NCBI GenBank assembly: GCA_900659855.1 | Contig: CAACVI010000001.1 | Span: forward strand, 113,179 to 177,178 | Length of the DNA: 64,000 nucleotides | Origin: Candidatus Desulfarcum epimagneticum | GTDB taxonomy: Bacteria > Desulfobacterota > Desulfobacteria > Desulfobacterales > CR-1 | Reading direction: 5' to 3' | Shown: piece after piece, positions 36,405 through 46,079 of the stretch | Position numbering within the stretch: position 1 is the stretch's first letter | Layout: every line of letters begins with the position of its first letter | The notes under the pieces: model-generated | Told to the model about the DNA's origin: nothing | Seen by the model: only the letters and a program-made list of their open reading frames with translations | The model's database searches: none | Position numbers and translations under genes: made by a program

Positions 36405-37649
36405 ATGAAAAAAATGATCCGGCCCGGCCCGGTCAGGGGAACGGTCCCGGCCCCGGCCTCCAAGAGCCTGGCCCAAAGGGCCGCGGCCATCGCCGCTTTG
36501 ACCCGGGGGGAGACCCGTATTTTGAATTTTTCCACGTGCCGGGACTCGGCGGCGGCCCTGGCCGTTTCAAAGGACCTGGGCGCCGGGGTCCGGGTTTTGG
36601 GAGACCGCGTGACGGTCCGGGGCGGTTTGAATCCCCGGACCCGTCTGATTCACTGCGGGGAATCCGGGCTTTGCATGAGACTGTTTTCGGCCGTGGCCGC
36701 GCTGTGGGATGGAGACATCACCCTGGACGGGCTCGCGCCCCTCAGAAAACGGCCCATCTCCATGGCCGAGGCCCCTCTCAGGCGTCTGGGCGCCCGGGTT
36801 GAAAGCGCCGGGGGATTTCCCCCGCTCAAAGTCCGGGGACCGCTTCAGGGGGGCGAGGCCCATGTGGACGGTTCCGTCACCTCCCAGTTCCTCACGGGTC
36901 TTCTCATCGGCGCGCCCCTGGCCCCCGGGGACTCCACGCTCACGGTGTCCGGCCTTAAAAGCGCGCCCTATGTGGACATGACCCTTGAGATCATCCACGC
37001 CTTCGGCGTGAAAATCCACCGGGAAGGGGACCGCTTTCTGATCCCGGGAAACCAGGCCTACCGGCCCCGGGAATATCGCCTGGAGGGCGACTGGAGCGCC
37101 GCGTCTTTTTTTCTCGTGGCCGGGGCCCTGGCCGGGGACGTTTCCGTGACCGGCCTGTCGGCGGATTCGGCGCAGGCGGACCGGGCGATTTTAAGTCTTC
37201 TCAAGGCCGCGGGCGCGAATGTTCAAAGGATCCCGGACGGATTCAGGGCCATGAAAAAAGAATTGAGGCCCTTTGAGTTCGACGCCTCCCACTGCCCGGA
37301 CCTGTTTCCCCCGGCGGCGGCTCTGGCCGCTCACTGCCCGGGCGAGTCCCGGATCAAAGGGGCCGGGCGGCTGGTTTTCAAAGAAAGCCACCGGGGGCGG
37401 GCGCTGGAGGCGGAGCTGGGAAAACTCGGCGCCCGGATTCGGACGGATTTGGACGTCATGGTCATTGAGGGGGGCGGCCTTGAGGGCGGGGAAGCCTTTT
37501 CCCGGGGGGACCATCGAATCGCCATGTCCCTTTCCGTGGCCGCGCTGGCGGCCCGGGGGCCCTCGACGATTGAGGGCGCCGGGTGCGTGGCCAAGTCTTA
37601 CCCGAATTTTTACGCCGACTTGAATGGAATAATGGAGGACGAAAAATGA
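36405..37649 (+). CDS. aroA: 3-phosphoshikimate 1-carboxyvinyltransferase
   Basis: Start taken at MKKMIRPG (track ORF starts upstream at 36018). EPSP-synthase motifs present (APASKSLAQRA, DHRIAMSL). Confidence 0.9.
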   Translation: MKKMIRPGPVRGTVPAPASKSLAQRAAAIAALTRGETRILNFSTCRDSAAALAVSKDLGAGVRVLGDRVTVRGGLNPRTRLIHCGESGLCMRLFSAVAALWDGDITLDGLAPLRKRPISMAEAPLRRLGARVESAGGFPPLKVRGPLQGGEAHVDGSVTSQFLTGLLIGAPLAPGDSTLTVSGLKSAPYVDMTLEIIHAFGVKIHREGDRFLIPGNQAYRPREYRLEGDWSAASFFLVAGALAGDVSVTGLSADSAQADRAILSLLKAAGANVQRIPDGFRAMKKELRPFEFDASHCPDLFPPAAALAAHCPGESRIKGAGRLVFKESHRGRALEAELGKLGARIRTDLDVMVIEGGGLEGGEAFSRGDHRIAMSLSVAALAARGPSTIEGAGCVAKSYPNFYADLNGIMEDEK

Positions 37650-38638
37650 ACAGTTTCGGCCGGGTATTTAAAGTGTCCCTGTTCGGCGCCTCCCACGGCC
37701 CCTGCGTGGGGGCGCTCATTGACGGCTGTCCGCCGGGGATTTCCCTGGCGCCGACGGATTTCGAGAAAGATTTAAGCCGGAGAAAAAGCGCCGCGCCGGG
37801 AACCACGCCTCGCCGGGAGCCCGACGCGCCCATTTTTTTAAGCGGTTTGTTTGAGGGGCGCTCCACCGGCGCCCCCATCGCCGTGATGTTTGAAAACCGG
37901 GATGTCTCGTCAAAGGATTACGACCGGTTCAAACAGGTTCCCCGGCCCGGGCACGCCGATTTCGCGGCGATGAAAAAATACCGGGGATTCAACGACCATC
38001 GCGGCGGAGGGATGTTTTCCGGAAGAATGACCGTCGCGCTGACGGCGGCCGGGGTGGTGGCCAAAAAGACGCTGCCGGGAATCGGGTTTTCGGCCGCGCT
38101 GATCCGGGCCGGGGGCCGTTCGGACATCGGGGCCGCCGTGGGGGAGGCCATGGCGGAGGGAGACTCCGTCGGCGGACTCATCGAGTGCCGGATTTCCAAC
38201 GTTCCCGTGGGCCTGGGGGAGCCATTTTTCGATTCGGCGGAATCGGTGATCAGCCATATGGTGTTCGCCATTCCGGCCGTGAAAGGCATTGAGTTCGGCG
38301 CCGGATTCGCGGCCGCCGCCATGAAGGGAAGCCGGCACAACGACCCCCTGGCCGACCCCGGGGGCCGAACCCTCGCCAATCATGCCGGGGGAATCTCCGG
38401 GGGCATTTCAAACGGCAACGACATGGTCTTTCGCGTGGCCGTCAAACCCACCCCCAGCATCGCCAGGCCCCAGAAAACCCTGGACCTCTCCTCCGGGAAG
38501 ATGACCCGGCTGGAAATCAAAGGGCGTCACGACGCGTGCGCGGCCCTTCGGGCGCCTGTGGTGGTGGAGGCCGCCGCCGCCATCGCGCTTGCGGATTTGT
38601 CTCTTCTTTTTTATTCGGTGTCGGAATCCCGGGAATGA
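37646..38638 (+). CDS. aroC: chorismate synthase
   Basis: ATG overlaps the aroA stop (ATGA). N-terminus NSFGRVFKVSLFGASHGPCVG and GRHDAC motif. Confidence 0.9.
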   Translation: MNSFGRVFKVSLFGASHGPCVGALIDGCPPGISLAPTDFEKDLSRRKSAAPGTTPRREPDAPIFLSGLFEGRSTGAPIAVMFENRDVSSKDYDRFKQVPRPGHADFAAMKKYRGFNDHRGGGMFSGRMTVALTAAGVVAKKTLPGIGFSAALIRAGGRSDIGAAVGEAMAEGDSVGGLIECRISNVPVGLGEPFFDSAESVISHMVFAIPAVKGIEFGAGFAAAAMKGSRHNDPLADPGGRTLANHAGGISGGISNGNDMVFRVAVKPTPSIARPQKTLDLSSGKMTRLEIKGRHDACAALRAPVVVEAAAAIALADLSLLFYSVSESRE

Positions 38639-39030
38639 AAAACAGGCGTCTTTAAGAAAGGAACGCCCTCCTTTTTTAAATTTTCCTCTTCCTCCGCCGT
38701 GCTGGTGCCCCGGATGCTCCGGGGCTCGGCGGCCCCGTAATGCATTTTCAAGGCCTCGCCGGCGAAATCACATCCCACATCGTCAAAATTTTCTTTCACG
38801 AAATCGCTTAAATGGCGGGCGATCCTCTCCATGCCGATCCTGGCGTCTTTTTTGGCCCGGGCGCTTCCGGACTTGATGGAAAAGGCCGACAGGGTTTTTT
38901 CAATGGATATGTCGCTGCAAACGGGACAGGAGATCATGCCTTCCTCCAGCTGCTTCTCAAAGGCGGCGCCGTCTTCAAACCAGCCCTCAAACACATGGCC
39001 GTTCCCGCATTTTAAGTCAAAAGCTATCAT
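38611..39030 (-). CDS. DUF1178-like zinc-ribbon protein
   Basis: 139-aa ORF with N-terminus MIAFDLKCGNGHVFEGWF...ISCPVCSD. Confidence 0.6.
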   Translation of the reverse strand: MIAFDLKCGNGHVFEGWFEDGAAFEKQLEEGMISCPVCSDISIEKTLSAFSIKSGSARAKKDARIGMERIARHLSDFVKENFDDVGCDFAGEALKMHYGAAEPRSIRGTSTAEEEENLKKEGVPFLKTPVFHSRDSDTE

Positions 39031-39140
39031 ATGAATCCTTCATATCTTTAACTGTTTTTTTTTCTTTTACCTTATAATATACATCATTATCCGGCAAAAG
39101 CAAACCTTTCGTCGGCTGTTTTTTAAAATGCCCGGGCGCA

Positions 39141-39168
39141 TTGACAATCGCCGTTTATGCCTTAATAT
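39141..39168 (+). promoter_or_regulatory. sigma70-like promoter candidate upstream of dnaJ
   Basis: TTGACA (39141-39146), 16-nt spacer, TAATAT (39163-39168). Confidence 0.4.
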
Positions 39169-39220
39169 TTTAGGATAACCATTGTCCAGAAAAAACCCTT
39201 TGACATCCGCCGGAAACCAA

Positions 39221-40321
39221 ATGACTGAAAAACGTGACTATTATGAAGTTTTGAATGTGGGTCGGGACGCCTCGGAAGCCGATCTGAAAAAAAGCTACCG
39301 AAAACTGGCCATCAAATACCACCCGGACAAAAACCCGGGAGACCCGGAGTCCGAAGAAAAATTCAAAGAGGCCGCGGAGGCCTACGATGTGCTGTCCGAT
39401 TCCCGAAAACGCCGCATATACGACCAGTACGGCCATGAAGGGCTGGAAGGAAGAGGGTTTTCCGGTTTCCGGGGCTTTGAGGATATTTTTTCGAATTTCG
39501 GGGACATCTTTGAGGATTTTTTCGGATTCAGCGGCTCCCGGCGCTCCTCCGACGGCTCCCGGCCCGGTCGCGATCTCCAATACAACATGGGCCTTGACTT
39601 CATGGAGGCGGTCTTTGGCGCGGACAAGGAGATCGACATCGAAAAAATGGGCCGGTGCCCGGACTGCGGGGGAGACGGCCGCCGGGAGGGAACCGACGTC
39701 GAGAAGTGCCCCGAGTGCGGGGGCAGCGGCGCCACGTTGCGGTCCCAGGGGTTTTTCACCCTCCAGACCAAGTGCTCCCGGTGCCGGGGAAAGGGTTTTC
39801 ATATTCCCCACCCGTGCAAAAAATGCCGGGGCCGGGGTCAGGTGGCGGAGAAAAAAAAGGTGTCCGTGTCCATCCCCGCCGGCGTGGACACCGGCTCCAG
39901 GCTCCGTCTCACCGGGGAGGGAGAGGACGGACTGCGCGGCGGCCCTCCCGGGGATTTGTATGTGGTCATCCATGTCAGTCCCCATGATTTTTTTCACCGC
40001 GAAAACACGGATGTGATCTGTCAGGTGGAGATTTCTTTTCTGCAGGCCATCCTGGGGGATCAAATCGAGGTCCCCACGCTTGACGGCAAAAAGGCTCTGA
40101 AAATTCCCCGGGGAACCCAGCACGGGGACCTTTTTATGTTCCGGGGGGAGGGAATTCCGTCTTTGAGGACCCGGCAGAGGGGAGATCAGAAAATTTACGT
40201 GGGTGTGAAAATCCCCAAAAGCGTCACCAAAAAACAGGAACGCCTTCTCAAAGAGTTTAAAAAGCTGGAATCCAAAAAAATTTCCAAAAAAATCAAAAAA
40301 ATTCTAAAAAGCGGGACATAA
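39221..40321 (+). CDS. dnaJ: molecular chaperone DnaJ
   Basis: J-domain (DYYEVLNV...KYHPDKNP), a G/F region and four CxxCxGxG zinc-finger repeats. Confidence 0.9.
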   Translation: MTEKRDYYEVLNVGRDASEADLKKSYRKLAIKYHPDKNPGDPESEEKFKEAAEAYDVLSDSRKRRIYDQYGHEGLEGRGFSGFRGFEDIFSNFGDIFEDFFGFSGSRRSSDGSRPGRDLQYNMGLDFMEAVFGADKEIDIEKMGRCPDCGGDGRREGTDVEKCPECGGSGATLRSQGFFTLQTKCSRCRGKGFHIPHPCKKCRGRGQVAEKKKVSVSIPAGVDTGSRLRLTGEGEDGLRGGPPGDLYVVIHVSPHDFFHRENTDVICQVEISFLQAILGDQIEVPTLDGKKALKIPRGTQHGDLFMFRGEGIPSLRTRQRGDQKIYVGVKIPKSVTKKQERLLKEFKKLESKKISKKIKKILKSGT

Positions 40322-40327
40322 AAAGAT

Positions 40328-40702
40328 ATGTTTGAATTAACGGTTAAAAACCGCTTCGCGGCGGCCCATCAGCTCAAAATGGTGTCTCAGAAATGCGAAA
40401 ACCTCCACGGCCACAACTGGGAGGTGGAGGTCTGCCTGGCCGGGGAATCCCTGGATTCGGCCGGGGTGCTCATGGATTTCGGAGAAATCAAACACATGGT
40501 CGCGGATATCATGGCTGATCTGGACCATAAATTTTTAAACGAGCTGGAGTGTTTCCCGGACCAAAACCCCTCATCGGAACACATCGCCGTTTACATTGCG
40601 GAGCGGATGACGGGAAAAGTGAAAAATCCCGGCGTGTCGGTGAGACGCGTCACGGTCTGGGAATCCCCGGGTTCCGGGGCCGCGTATATCCCGCCCGAGT
40701 GA
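40328..40702 (+). CDS. queD: 6-carboxy-5,6,7,8-tetrahydropterin synthase
   Basis: 124-aa ORF with RFAAAHQL and CENLHGHNWEVEV motifs. Confidence 0.85.
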   Translation: MFELTVKNRFAAAHQLKMVSQKCENLHGHNWEVEVCLAGESLDSAGVLMDFGEIKHMVADIMADLDHKFLNELECFPDQNPSSEHIAVYIAERMTGKVKNPGVSVRRVTVWESPGSGAAYIPPE

Positions 40703-40905
40703 TTTTTTTTCAAAAAATTCCCGCCCATGCGGAATCATCTTGACAATTCCATCCCAACGATAGTAATAAATTCTATTTTGTCATTATTGAACACAGCCAT
40801 TTTAAATGGCTGAATCCTTGCTCCGGGGCTTTCCCCGGGGCTTTTTGAAGACACGGGCCCCGTCAGGCGCTCACGGTCTTCATGACACCCGTAAGGAGGA
40901 CATGT

Positions 40906-41400
40906 ATGCGAAGGTACGAAACCATCATCATCATAGACCCCGACATCGACGCTCAGGAACAGTCGGCGGCCACTGAACGGCTGGAGGGTCTGATTCCCGA
41001 CCATGGGGGATTTCTCGTCAAGACCGACCGATGGGGCTCCCGGAAGCTGGCCTATGAAATCCGGAAAAAAACCACCGGCCTCTACACGCTCATTGATTAC
41101 TGCGGAACCAGCGAGCTGGTCAATGAAATGGAGCGGTTCTGCAAAATTGATGAGCGGATCATGAAGTACATCACGGTTCTGACCGACAAAGAGCCGGACG
41201 TGGACGCCATCAAAGAGGACATGGAACGGGAAAAGGAAGAAAAAGAAAAAAAAGAAGCCGAAGCCGCGGAAGCGAAGGCAAAGGCGTCGGAGCCCAAGCC
41301 GGCCCCGGTTGAGGATGAAGTCGAAAAGAAAGACGCGCCGCCCCCTGGGGATGAGGCGGACAAACCCGAGGAAACAGCAGCCGAAGAAAAGGGGGAATAA
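40906..41400 (+). CDS. rpsF: 30S ribosomal protein S6 with acidic C-terminal extension
   Basis: ATG at 40906 follows TAAGGAGGA. Begins MRRYETIIIIDP..WGSRKLAYEI. Confidence 0.9.
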   Translation: MRRYETIIIIDPDIDAQEQSAATERLEGLIPDHGGFLVKTDRWGSRKLAYEIRKKTTGLYTLIDYCGTSELVNEMERFCKIDERIMKYITVLTDKEPDVDAIKEDMEREKEEKEKKEAEAAEAKAKASEPKPAPVEDEVEKKDAPPPGDEADKPEETAAEEKGE

Positions 41401-41403
41401 ACA

Positions 41404-41676
41404 ATGGCGTTTAACAGATCCGGCCGTCCGGGGCCCAAGAAAAGAAAAAGAAGAATCTATCACCGCCGCAAGGTGTGCCGCTTCTGCGCGGACTCCAGCC
41501 TGGTGATTGATTATAAGAACCCCAAAATGTTCCGTTACTTTATCACGGAGCGGGGGAAAATTATGCCCAGGCGAATTTCGGGAACCTGCGCCAAGCATCA
41601 GCGCTCTTTGAGCCATGCCATTAAGCGCGCCCGCGCCATCGCGCTGCTTCCGTATGTGGGAAACACCAATTTCTGA
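41404..41676 (+). CDS. rpsR: 30S ribosomal protein S18
   Basis: 90-aa ORF with CRFC.., [23 protein letters not shown]. Confidence 0.9.
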   Translation: MAFNRSGRPGPKKRKRRIYHRRKVCRFCADSSLVIDYKNPKMFRYFITERGKIMPRRISGTCAKHQRSLSHAIKRARAIALLPYVGNTNF

Positions 41677-41814
41677 CAGCATCGCAAAAAAATGCGTCAC
41701 AGCGCTTTTTTGTTCGTTCGGCATGCCACACGTATGGCCTCTCTCTCAAAAAAGCGCGATGCCTTGTATATCGAATTTTTACGATGTCGTTTAATCGATT
41801 TTTTACGAGTTTAT
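41677..41814 (+). mobile_element. MITE-like repeat copy C5 (type B variant)
   Basis: CAGCATCGCAAAAAAATGCGTCAC... begins directly after the rpsR TGA. It ends TTTTTTACGAGTTTAT. Flanks CAATTTCTGA (41667-41676) and CAATTTTTGA (41815-41824) match at 9 of 10 positions. Confidence 0.8.
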
Positions 41815-41820
41815 CAATTT

Positions 41821-42816
41821 TTGATTGCGCGGGATGGCCAAGTGGCTCAAGATGTTGACGGCCCGGCGCCCAGGGATGTCCTGACCGGCGCCGCGCTGAT
41901 TTTTTTCTGTGTCCTGATATCCATGGGAATACCCCTGGCGGGAATATTCAGCTATGTCCTGATTCCCGCCCCGGTTTTGTTTTACCGGCTCAAACTGGGG
42001 CGCCGCCTGGGCGCCGCCATACCGGCGGCGGCGTTTTTGCTCCTCGCGGCCCTCAGTCGGGATTTTTCTTTCAGGATTTTTTTCACAGGCGAGCTTCTGC
42101 TGGCGGGCTTTGTCATGGGCGAGCTTTTGAGACTGAATCTTTCCATTGAAAAAACCGCCCTATACGCCTGCGTCGGCATCATGGGGACCGGACTGGCGGC
42201 GATTTTATTTTACAGCGGCGTTTCGAGCCATTCCATTTATTCCCTGGTGTCGGCCTACGTGTCCGAAAATTTGAATTTCGCCCTCGAGATGATGGGGGAA
42301 ATGGACATGCCCGAAGACAGCCGCCTGGAGATGATCCGCTCTTTTGAGGGCATGAAGGCTGTTTTGCTCCGGGTCCTGCCCGGACTGGCCGCTGTTTTTG
42401 TTCTGTTCATGGTCTGGGCCAATATTCTGACGGCCAGGGTTCTTTTGAAAGCAAGGGGGATTCCGCACACGGATTTCGGACCGCTCAACCTCTGGAAGGC
42501 GCCGGAGTTTATGGTCTGGGCCGTCATCGGATGCGGGATCATCGTCTTTATCCCCATGGACCCGGGCAATGCCGTCAAGACGCTTTGCGTGAACCTGCTT
42601 TTGATTTTAACGGCGGTCTATTTTTTCCAGGGGATCGCCGTGATTTCCCATTTTTTTGAACGAAAAAAATTTTCCAGGGGTTTGAAAATTTTCGCCTTTT
42701 CCATGATCGCGGTGTGGCAGGCCCTTTTTTTCGTGGTGGCCGGACTCGGATTTTTTGATCTGTGGGCGAATTTTCGCAAACTGGAGACCGGGGAGTCAAA
42801 AAAAGGCGGGGACTGA
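41821..42816 (+). CDS. polytopic membrane protein (DUF2232/YybS-like by position and topology)
   Basis: Multiple TM helices, located between rpsR and rplI. The track ORF start at 41692 lies inside the MITE, so a TTG at 41821 or GTG at 41842 is more plausible. The start remains uncertain. Confidence 0.55.
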   Translation: MIARDGQVAQDVDGPAPRDVLTGAALIFFCVLISMGIPLAGIFSYVLIPAPVLFYRLKLGRRLGAAIPAAAFLLLAALSRDFSFRIFFTGELLLAGFVMGELLRLNLSIEKTALYACVGIMGTGLAAILFYSGVSSHSIYSLVSAYVSENLNFALEMMGEMDMPEDSRLEMIRSFEGMKAVLLRVLPGLAAVFVLFMVWANILTARVLLKARGIPHTDFGPLNLWKAPEFMVWAVIGCGIIVFIPMDPGNAVKTLCVNLLLILTAVYFFQGIAVISHFFERKKFSRGLKIFAFSMIAVWQALFFVVAGLGFFDLWANFRKLETGESKKGGD

Positions 42817-42899
42817 TTTTAACCCAAAATCGGCCCATGGGGGCCGGAAAATCTTTGACAGCGCGATCCCCTTTCGGGGACGGAAAATAAGAGGTTCAT

Positions 42900-43346
42900 A
42901 TGAAAGTGATATTGAAAGAAACCATCAGCTCACTGGGCATCATCGGCAGCGAGGTTTCCGTGGCCGACGGATACGCCCGGAACTACCTGTTTCCCCAGGA
43001 TAAAGCGGTGTCGGCCACAAAGGCCAACCGGAAAATCATGGAGAGGGACAAGGCCAAATTCGAGCTTCAGTTCGCCAAAGAAAAAGAGATGGCCGCCCAG
43101 ATGGCGGAAAGAATCGAGGGGATCGAGTGCGAGATCAAGGCCAAAGTCAGCGACGAAGACCGTCTGTACGGGTCGGTTTCGGTTCGGGACATCCTCAGCG
43201 CCCTGGCGGACATGGACATTGAGATCGAAAAGAGAATGGTGATGCTTCCCGAGCCCATCAAGACCATCGGAACCTTTAAGGTGCCCATCCGGGTTTACCC
43301 GGATGTGGAGCCTGAAGTCAGCGTCAACGTGGTTCCGGCTGAGTAG
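42900..43346 (+). CDS. rplI: 50S ribosomal protein L9
   Basis: MKVILKETISSLG..GYARNYLFPQ. Confidence 0.9.
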   Translation: MKVILKETISSLGIIGSEVSVADGYARNYLFPQDKAVSATKANRKIMERDKAKFELQFAKEKEMAAQMAERIEGIECEIKAKVSDEDRLYGSVSVRDILSALADMDIEIEKRMVMLPEPIKTIGTFKVPIRVYPDVEPEVSVNVVPAE

Positions 43347-43358
43347 ACACTGACGCCC

Positions 43359-44744
43359 ATGGCCGTGAAAACAAAAAGCGCCGGGACCCGGGATCCCTCC
43401 CTCCACGCGCTCCCGCCCCGGAGCATTGAGGCCGAGGAGTCTATTTTAAGCGCCATTTTAATCAACAACGACACCCTGTTCGACGTGGTTGAAATACTGG
43501 CGCCCGAGGACTTTTACCGAAAGTCCCACCAGGAGATATACGCCGGGATATGCGAGCTTTTCAAACGAAACGAGCCCATTGATCTGGTCACCCTGACCAC
43601 GGCGCTCAAAGAGGACGGCCGTCTGGAGGAGGTCGGCGGCGCCGCCTACGTGGCCGGATTGATGGACACGGCGCCGGTGGCCGCCAACGCCCGTCACTAC
43701 GCCCGGATCATACACGACAAGGCCTGTTTGCGGCAGCTGATCAAAAAAACCCATGACATCTCCGTGGCCTGCTTTGAAGACCGGGGGGATGTGGACGAGG
43801 TGATCGACATGGCCGAGACGGCCATCTTTGAAATATCTGAAAGAAAAATCAAGCCGGCCTTTTATCCCATCCACCGGATCATCGATGACAACATAGACGC
43901 CCTGGAGGAACGCCAGGGGAACAAAACCCTGATCACAGGCATTCCCACGGGTTTTTCCAAGCTCGACGAGCTGACCTCCGGCCTTCAGAACTCCGATCTC
44001 ATCATCCTGGCCGGACGTCCGGCCATGGGCAAAACCGCCTTCGCGCTCAATATCGCCCGGAATGTGGCGGTGAACGAAAATATTCCGGTGGCGGTGTTTT
44101 CCCTGGAAATGGCCAAAGAGCAGCTTTCGCTTCGTCTTTTATGCTCCGAGGCCCGCATCGACTCCAACCGCTTGAGAAGCGGTTTTTTCAGCAAAGACGA
44201 CTGGTCCCGGGTCACGGAAGCGGCCGGAACCATGTCAGGCGCCCCCATCTACATCGACGATTCCCCGGACATTTCATCCATGGAAATACGGGCCAAGTCC
44301 CGCCGCCTGAAAATGGAGGTGGACCTGGGCCTTATCATCATCGATTACATCCAGCTCATGAAAGGCCGATCCCTGGCTGAAAGAAGGGACCTGGAGATTT
44401 CGGAAATGTCCCGGTCCCTTAAGATACTGGCCAAGGAGCTGAATGTGCCGGTGGTGGCGCTTTCCCAGCTCAACCGGAAGCTGGAGGAAAGGGTGGACAA
44501 AAGGCCCCAGCTCTCGGATTTAAGGGAGTCCGGCGCCCTGGAGCAGGACGCCGATGTGGTGGCGTTCATTTTCCGGGACGAGGTGTACAACCCCTCCGAG
44601 GACAATCCCAACAAGGGAACGGCGGAAATTCTTTTGAGAAAACAGCGAAACGGCCCCACCGGCGAGGCCCGGCTGAAATTCTTCGGCGCCTACACCCGGT
44701 TTGAAAACCTTTCCGAAGGCTATGAGGCGGGCGGGACGTCCTGA
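43359..44744 (+). CDS. dnaB: replicative DNA helicase
   Basis: 461-aa ORF with PPRSIEAEESILSAIL, Walker A (GRPAMGKTAFALN) and SQLNR motifs. Confidence 0.95.
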   Translation: MAVKTKSAGTRDPSLHALPPRSIEAEESILSAILINNDTLFDVVEILAPEDFYRKSHQEIYAGICELFKRNEPIDLVTLTTALKEDGRLEEVGGAAYVAGLMDTAPVAANARHYARIIHDKACLRQLIKKTHDISVACFEDRGDVDEVIDMAETAIFEISERKIKPAFYPIHRIIDDNIDALEERQGNKTLITGIPTGFSKLDELTSGLQNSDLIILAGRPAMGKTAFALNIARNVAVNENIPVAVFSLEMAKEQLSLRLLCSEARIDSNRLRSGFFSKDDWSRVTEAAGTMSGAPIYIDDSPDISSMEIRAKSRRLKMEVDLGLIIIDYIQLMKGRSLAERRDLEISEMSRSLKILAKELNVPVVALSQLNRKLEERVDKRPQLSDLRESGALEQDADVVAFIFRDEVYNPSEDNPNKGTAEILLRKQRNGPTGEARLKFFGAYTRFENLSEGYEAGGTS

Positions 44745-44773
44745 TATTTTTGATCTCCGTCGGCGGCGCGCCC

Positions 44774-44798
44774 AAAAGGGCGACCGCAAGGGTCGCCC
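44774..44798 (-). terminator. GC-rich hairpin with a U-tract on the minus strand (downstream of the brnA-like gene; also 3' of dnaB)
   Basis: GGGCGACC-GCAAG-GGTCGCCC. The minus-strand reading is followed by TTTT. There is no T-run on the plus strand. Confidence 0.45.
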
Positions 44799-44898
44799 CT
44801 GCGCTTGGATCAATCGTGGGGGGGGTGATCCGGATGGATGTGGGTGATCTCAAAAATCAAAAAAACGAAATACCCCCCGGGATCAACGCCCCTGCCGG

Positions 44899-45180
44899 TT
44901 ATACATGAATCCGGCCGTCCACCACTGGGGGCGCTGTCAATCTCAACTCTTCCCGGATCACGCGTCGCAACATTTCCTCATCTATGGGTTTTCCCCATTT
45001 ATCCAGATATTCCCGCAAAACCTGGTTGATGATGGTTTGATAACCGCGACCGGATTTATCCGCGCGTTCTCGAAATTCTCTTAACACATCATCATCAATA
45101 TACATGGTGATCCGGGTTTTGCCTTTCTGCTGAACAACAGCCCCTCTTTTGCCTTTTTTAAAATCATATTCCGGATTCAT
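44899..45180 (-). CDS. BrnA-like / CopG-family antitoxin, with no adjacent toxin gene
   Basis: 93-aa ORF with the N-terminal YDFKKGKRG motif and an RHH-like segment (ITMYIDDDVLREFRERA...GYQTIINQVLREYL). Confidence 0.55.
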   Translation of the reverse strand: MNPEYDFKKGKRGAVVQQKGKTRITMYIDDDVLREFRERADKSGRGYQTIINQVLREYLDKWGKPIDEEMLRRVIREELRLTAPPVVDGRIHV

Positions 45181-45204
45181 AGCGACGTCTCTCTTCCCCC
45201 CCCA

Positions 45205-46002
45205 TCAAGTCCCGGTCCAAGTGGGTTTTCGTTTTTCCATAAACGCCGAGATTCCCTCCTGGGCGTCGTGGGTCATCATGTTGCCCACGATGGTTTTGAC
45301 GCACATGTCGTAGGCGTCGTGAAGGGTCATGTCGATCTGCCGGTAAAAGGCCCCTTTTCCGATTTTCAACGTCAGCGGGGATTTGGAGGCGAGTTTTTCA
45401 GCCATTTCCAGGACCGCGGCGTCCAGCTCATCTTGTGGCGTCACCCGGTTGATCAGCCCCATTTCACAGGCCCGCTGGGCGGAGATCATGTCTCCCATTA
45501 AAAGCAGCTCCAGCGCGTGTTTCCGGGCCACGGTCCGGGACAGGGGAACCATGGGCGTCGAGCAGAACAGCCCGATGTTCACGCCGGGCGTGGCGAAACG
45601 GGCGCCCTCTTCGGCCACGGCCAGGTCGCACACGGCCACGAGCTGGCAGCCTCCGGCGGTGGCGATGCCGTGAATTTTGGCGATGACGGGCTGGGGAAGC
45701 GTATGGATCAGGGTCATCATTTTCGAGCAGGTGGCGAATGTTTTTTCGAAAAACGCCTCGGTTCCCTCTCCCATCATCTCTTTCAGATCGTGGCCCGCGC
45801 AAAAACCCTTTCCCGACCCCGAGATGATCACGACGCGGATGTCGGGGTCTTTGGAAAGGGCCTCAAACTGGGCGATGAGCGCCTCCATGCAGCCCATGGA
45901 CAGGGCGTTGTACGCCTTTGGGCGGTTTAAGGTCAAATGGCACACGCCGTTTTCATCTTTTCTGAGGACCGGCGAATCGGCTGGATTTTCGTTCTGGGTC
46001 AT
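45205..46002 (-). CDS. enoyl-CoA hydratase/isomerase (crotonase) family protein
   Basis: Start taken at MTQNEN. Crotonase stretches present (LTLNRPKAYNAL, FCAGHDLKE). Confidence 0.8.
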   Translation of the reverse strand: MTQNENPADSPVLRKDENGVCHLTLNRPKAYNALSMGCMEALIAQFEALSKDPDIRVVIISGSGKGFCAGHDLKEMMGEGTEAFFEKTFATCSKMMTLIHTLPQPVIAKIHGIATAGGCQLVAVCDLAVAEEGARFATPGVNIGLFCSTPMVPLSRTVARKHALELLLMGDMISAQRACEMGLINRVTPQDELDAAVLEMAEKLASKSPLTLKIGKGAFYRQIDMTLHDAYDMCVKTIVGNMMTHDAQEGISAFMEKRKPTWTGT

Positions 46003-46079
46003 GGGTTTAAAACTCCTTTTATGTGACAGGGTTTGATAAAGTCGTAAAAAAGCTTGGGATGGCGCCATCAGGTTTTGGA

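Noticed and set aside
41692-41820. The ORF track gives the membrane protein an N-terminal extension starting at 41692.
   Set aside because: This stretch is the MITE copy C5 read through in frame (MRHSAFLFVRHATRMASLSKKRDALYIEFL...), so the real start must lie at or after the right flank.
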